This document shows positions 29,073 to 32,592 of a stretch of 32,592 nucleotides of DNA, in pieces. The notes under the pieces were generated by a model. It did not search any database, was not told the DNA's origin, and was given only the letters and a program-made list of their open reading frames with translations. The position numbers and the translations under genes are program-made. Position 1 is the stretch's first letter. Every line of letters begins with the position of its first letter. This DNA comes from Candidatus Zhuqueibacterota bacterium. Its GTDB lineage: Bacteria; Zhuqueibacterota; Zhuqueibacteria; Residuimicrobiales; JAFGEC01. The stretch is from the NCBI GenBank assembly GCA_016931775.1, contig JAFGEC010000157.1:1-32592 (forward strand), read 5' to 3'.

Positions 29073-31670
29073 ATGGAAATAAAAAAGCATTTACACACGG
29101 CAACAAAAACGATAAATCTGATCGTATTTCTATCGATTACATTTTGTTCTTTAGCGTTTTCTCGTACCGGAGAAAACGATTTAACCCGCAAGTTAATGAT
29201 GGGTTACCAGGGCTGGTTTCTCTGCCAGGGGGATGGATCCCCTGTTAACGACTGGCGGCATTGGTTTCATCATTCAAACGATCCTTCAATCGAACAGATA
29301 AATATCGATAATTGGCCGGATCTTTCCGAATATACAAATATGTATCCCACAAACATGAAATACAGGAATGGTTCGACGGTCTCGCTGTTTTCATCCCATG
29401 ATGAGAGCACGACAATGATTCATTTCAAATGGATGCAGGATTATAACATTTATGGGATATATCTCCAGCGGTTTCTGGGGGAAGCCGTCGGCGATTCGAG
29501 ATTTTTCCGGGTTCGAAACCACGTTTTGGAAAACGTGATCAATGCGTCAAAAGTTTACGACCGCCATTTTGCTCTCATGTACGATATTACGGGCGTTCCG
29601 GAGGAGGGTTTATATGAAAAACTTGTGAACGACTGGGAATACCTGGTTGACACATACGATATGTTGAATGAGGAAAACTATGTCAAACAAAACGGCCTGC
29701 CGGTTGTGGCGATCTGGGGGATGGGCTTTCCCCACAATGAGGTGACGGCAGAGACTGCCATGGATATCATCGACTATTTTCATCGTGAGGCTGCGGTAAA
29801 ATACCAGTCGTATATAATGGGAGGTGTCCCCGGCCGCTGGAGGACACTGGACGGCGATTCAAAACCGGAGCCCCTCTGGGCTGATGCGTACCGCGCGCTG
29901 GACATGCTTTCACCATGGACGGTCGGCAGATATAATAAAAGTTCCGTTGATAATTGGAAAAATGAGCGGATCATCCCGGATTTGGCGGAATGTACTGCCA
30001 ACGTGGTGGATTATATGCCTGTCATTTTCCCCGGCGGATCATGGTTTAATCTCTCCGGCTATATAGATTCAACCCGCATAAACGATAATCCCAGGGACGG
30101 CGGAAATTTTTACTGGCGGCAGGCTTATAATGCCATCAGCGCCGGTGTACAGTTTTTGTATGTGGCAATGTTCGATGAAGTCGATGAGGGCACAGCCATG
30201 TTCAAGCTCGCGACCAATGACGACGCCTTGCCGGACAAAGGCACTTTTGTTCCCCTGGATGAAGATGGTTACGAGCTGCCGAGCGACTGGTATTTGCAAC
30301 TCGCCGACAAGAGCCAGAAAATGCTGGACCAGACCATTGCGTTGACAAGTCAAATTCCGATAACACCACCCAAAATTCCTGTTACCGGTATTACGGTGAC
30401 TCCGATTCATGCCATAATGGCAACCGGCGGTACGCTGCAATTATCTGCAAAGATAGAACCCGGAAAAGCTTATGATAAAAGTGTGACCTGGAATTCCAGC
30501 GATGATAATGTTGCATCCGTTCCGGAAAAAGGTAAGGTGTTCGCAAAAATTCCGGGAAATGCAATCATCACCGCCACGACTATGGATGGCGGGTACAAGG
30601 CGGAATGTAATTTAACCGTCAAAGAAGGAAAACCCGTCACCGGCATTACATTATCACCGGCAAATGTGGAAATCAGAGTCGGGAATTCGCAGCAATTAAC
30701 TGCTGTTATTGAACCGCCGGACGCCCTTGTTAAAAATGTCCAATGGAGGTCCGGTGACAGGGATATCGCCGTTGTCGACACAACCGGACTTGTAACGGCG
30801 ATGGCTGAGGGGAAAACAACCATCACCGCAATTACACAGGACGGAGGGAAGCGGGCGAATTCGAGAATTACTGTTGTGGATCCTTCCCAGTTGCCGTTTT
30901 GGGATGTTCCACACACTATACCCGGAATCATTGAAGCGGAAGATTACGATATAGGCGGTGAAGGCGTTGCCTACCACGATGCCGACGTCACCAATAACGG
31001 CGGTCAATATCGTACGGACGAAGCGGTCGATATCGAGACGTGCAGTGAAGGCGGCTATAGTCTGGGCTGGTTTAATTCCGGAGAATGGGTCGAATATACG
31101 GTAAATGTCACACAAGGGGGCCGGTACGATGTTTTTATCGCTGTCGCGACACAATTAAACGGAGCGAAATTTCATATTGAATTTAACGGTGCAAACAGAT
31201 CCGGCACCATTAATGTTCCAAACACAGGCGGCTGGCAAACCTGGGAAGAGATCGTTAAAACACGTATGTTGCTGGTGGAAAGCGAACAGGTGATGAGGGT
31301 TTTCCGGGAAACGGACGGCGCAGACTTTAATATCGATTATTTTGAATTCTCCGTTCCTGACTTCATCGATAATATAATCACACCGGTCACAAAAAGTCCG
31401 CAACTTTATCCTGCTTATCCCAATCCTTTTAATGCAGCGGCAACAATTTATTTTGAAACAACCAGACTCTCGAATACACAACTCGTCATTTACGATATTC
31501 TGGGACGGGAGATCAAAAAACTTGTGGACGAAAGGCTGGAATCCGGCGTTTTTTCAAGACACTGGGACAGCAAGGACAATCAAAACAGGCCTGTTCCCTC
31601 CGGTGTCTACTTTGCCCGAATGCAGACCGGAAATTTTGCTCAAGTGATCAAACTTTTGTTACTCAGATAA
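29073..31670 (+). CDS. Large secreted multidomain protein: N-terminal putative glycoside-hydrolase domain of uncertain family, two Big_2 domains, a CBM6-like module and a T9SS C-terminal sorting domain
   Basis: Signal peptide. The catalytic-like region reads MMGYQGWFLCQGDG...WRHW...VVAIWGMGFPH. The two Big_2 repeats read PVTGITVTP...LQLSAKIEP...TWNSSDDNVASV and PVTGITLSP...QLTAVIEPP...VQWRSGDRDIAVV. The CBM6-like module TIPGIIEAEDYDIGG...GGWQTWEEI is about 55% identical to the GH43 paralog. T9SS tail ...LVIYDILGREIK...GVYFARMQ. Confidence 0.7.
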   Translation: MEIKKHLHTATKTINLIVFLSITFCSLAFSRTGENDLTRKLMMGYQGWFLCQGDGSPVNDWRHWFHHSNDPSIEQINIDNWPDLSEYTNMYPTNMKYRNGSTVSLFSSHDESTTMIHFKWMQDYNIYGIYLQRFLGEAVGDSRFFRVRNHVLENVINASKVYDRHFALMYDITGVPEEGLYEKLVNDWEYLVDTYDMLNEENYVKQNGLPVVAIWGMGFPHNEVTAETAMDIIDYFHREAAVKYQSYIMGGVPGRWRTLDGDSKPEPLWADAYRALDMLSPWTVGRYNKSSVDNWKNERIIPDLAECTANVVDYMPVIFPGGSWFNLSGYIDSTRINDNPRDGGNFYWRQAYNAISAGVQFLYVAMFDEVDEGTAMFKLATNDDALPDKGTFVPLDEDGYELPSDWYLQLADKSQKMLDQTIALTSQIPITPPKIPVTGITVTPIHAIMATGGTLQLSAKIEPGKAYDKSVTWNSSDDNVASVPEKGKVFAKIPGNAIITATTMDGGYKAECNLTVKEGKPVTGITLSPANVEIRVGNSQQLTAVIEPPDALVKNVQWRSGDRDIAVVDTTGLVTAMAEGKTTITAITQDGGKRANSRITVVDPSQLPFWDVPHTIPGIIEAEDYDIGGEGVAYHDADVTNNGGQYRTDEAVDIETCSEGGYSLGWFNSGEWVEYTVNVTQGGRYDVFIAVATQLNGAKFHIEFNGANRSGTINVPNTGGWQTWEEIVKTRMLLVESEQVMRVFRETDGADFNIDYFEFSVPDFIDNIITPVTKSPQLYPAYPNPFNAAATIYFETTRLSNTQLVIYDILGREIKKLVDERLESGVFSRHWDSKDNQNRPVPSGVYFARMQTGNFAQVIKLLLLR

Positions 31671-31683
31671 TATTGTTGCATGG

Positions 31684-31734
31684 TTAGCGCTTCAGTTTGC
31701 GGCCCAATCCCACCAGGAAGGGTTGGGTCGCTAA
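31684..31734 (+). terminator. Stem-loop immediately after the 865-aa gene stop codon; possible terminator or mRNA-stabilising hairpin
   Basis: TTAGCG...GCGGCCCAATCCC-accaggaa-GGGTTGGGTCGC...CGCTAA: an inner stem of about 12 bp with one bulge, clamped by a 6-bp outer stem. The T-run (gaagttttttt) lies about 25 nt further downstream rather than adjacent, so this is not a canonical intrinsic terminator. Confidence 0.25.
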
Positions 31735-32030
31735 TAACAACGGGCTGTATCAGAAGTTTTTTTGACACAGATTTTTTCCAAAAACATTTTCACGGCAGTA
31801 AAAATAAGTATCATACCCGCGTACGAGTTTGTTGCAGTATAACACGATAATTACGTTTAACATCATAATATTCGTATGTGCCGGCAAAATGCGAAATGTC
31901 ATGCCCGAGAAGTTGGGCATCCAGTCGTAACAGATGATGCCAATGCTTACAGTATGCCCAAGTGAGAACATAAATAATTTGTTTAAAACAAATTTTAAAA
32001 TACTCCGCATTAGAAAAGAATACCTAAAAT

Positions 32031-32592
32031 GACATTCCCGCGCGCAACTGGATGCCCGCCTGCGCGGGCATGACACGAAGGTGTCAATACAGTTCTATAA
32101 TCGTGCGCCTACGCAAGCACGACAATTTGATTTGCTTTGTTAATATTTATAGGACGGCAAAGACATTCATACATTATTCTATCACGATGCGGGACTTTTG
32201 CTACAGCCCCATCTCCCCGGTTACTCACATATTACAAAATTTTGAAAAAAATATTTGACAACTGATCCAACTTGATTGTATGTCGTAAGGTTGGACGCTG
32301 TTGCAGTTCCAAAGACATTCCCGGCATCCTCTCATCAGGTTCTGTTGTCCTGATGATACTAGCGGTAATTTAACCCATCCGACTTGATGTACTTTCGCCG
32401 GAACTTTGGCTTTCCTCTTATATCCAGTGTTACTGATTGGCCAATAGATATTCTATTTCAGAATCATCAGGGTCTCGATTGTTCCCTGATAATATCACGT
32501 ATAAAAATGGTCCGCCTGCGGATTGAAAACGATGTCGCCGGCAAGGCAGATTACAGTGAGTGTGAGTGTCAATATGGTTGTTAATTTGATCA
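32031..32592. repeat. Four highly diverged tandem units of about 130-150 bp, each with an AAGACATTC-like head and a conserved hairpin; no coding potential
   Basis: Units start near 32031, 32161, 32311 and 32447. Heads are gacattcccg / gacattcata / gacattcccg / gatattctat. Hairpins are atgcccgc-ctgc-gcgggcat, gatgcggg...ccccatc, tcatcagg-ttctgttgt-cctgatga and atcaggg-tctcgattgtt-ccctgat. Units 3 and 4 differ by a compensating g/c insertion that preserves the stem. Confidence 0.4.

Noticed and set aside
32504-32535. Possible first repeat of a CRISPR array: ...GTCCGCCTGCGGATTGAAAAC ends in the ATTGAAAC-like Cas6 handle. A related CCCGCTTGATTGAAAATGA occurs at 8806-8826.
   Set aside because: Only single copies. 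The related GC hairpins in the tail are spaced irregularly at about 50 and 130-150 nt and are about 60% identical, unlike CRISPR repeats. No cas genes in the window. The window ends 57 nt after the motif, so an array beyond the edge cannot be excluded.
31750-32584. ORFs 31750-32076(-), 32052-32258(+) and 32384-32584(+) in the tail
   Set aside because: Cys/Arg-rich, low-complexity translations that overlap the tandem repeats and hairpins. No start context and no domain resemblance.
31671-32592. Integron gene-cassette/attC array in the repeat-rich tail
   Set aside because: No R-prime/R-double-prime core sites (GTTRRRY/RYYYAAC) in the expected geometry and no cassette ORFs.

Overview
This looks like a bacterial chromosomal segment of roughly 40-45% GC. 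Two secreted enzymes carry C-terminal T9SS-type sorting domains, and Bacteroidota-style SusC/SusD genes are absent. Together these suggest an FCB-group organism outside Bacteroidota, for example Ignavibacteriota or a related candidate phylum. This placement is inference. The minus strand (285-21425) carries a signalling-rich block. It contains a DUF2339-like giant membrane protein, an SNF2 helicase, a CheY-like receiver and a multi-PAS/GAF HisKA_2 histidine kinase. It then contains a LOG-family protein, an S8 subtilase, a SpoIIAA-like/STAS protein and a GAF-PP2C phosphatase. A BrnT/BrnA toxin-antitoxin pair sits beside a decayed PD-(D/E)xK nuclease gene in an AT-rich islet. A frameshifted six-hairpin-like glycosidase, a membrane PP2C phosphatase, and a YtrA-like GntR / SPFH / S41-like peptidase / small membrane protein operon follow. 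The plus strand (21865-31670) carries a glycan-utilisation locus. It has a GH99-like hydrolase, an AraR-like GntR-LacI hybrid regulator, an SSS transporter and a GH43-CBM6-T9SS enzyme. It also has a lipoprotein and a large hydrolase-like protein with two Big_2 domains, a CBM6 module and a T9SS sorting domain. Non-coding features are a 150-bp GC-rich structured island in the 500-bp gap at 18513-19013, palindromic operators in the GntR/GH99 divergent intergenic region, and a 920-bp gene-free tail. The tail holds four diverged tandem units with a covarying hairpin. No complete CRISPR array, rRNA or tRNA could be supported. All domain calls rest on motifs read by eye; no searches were run.
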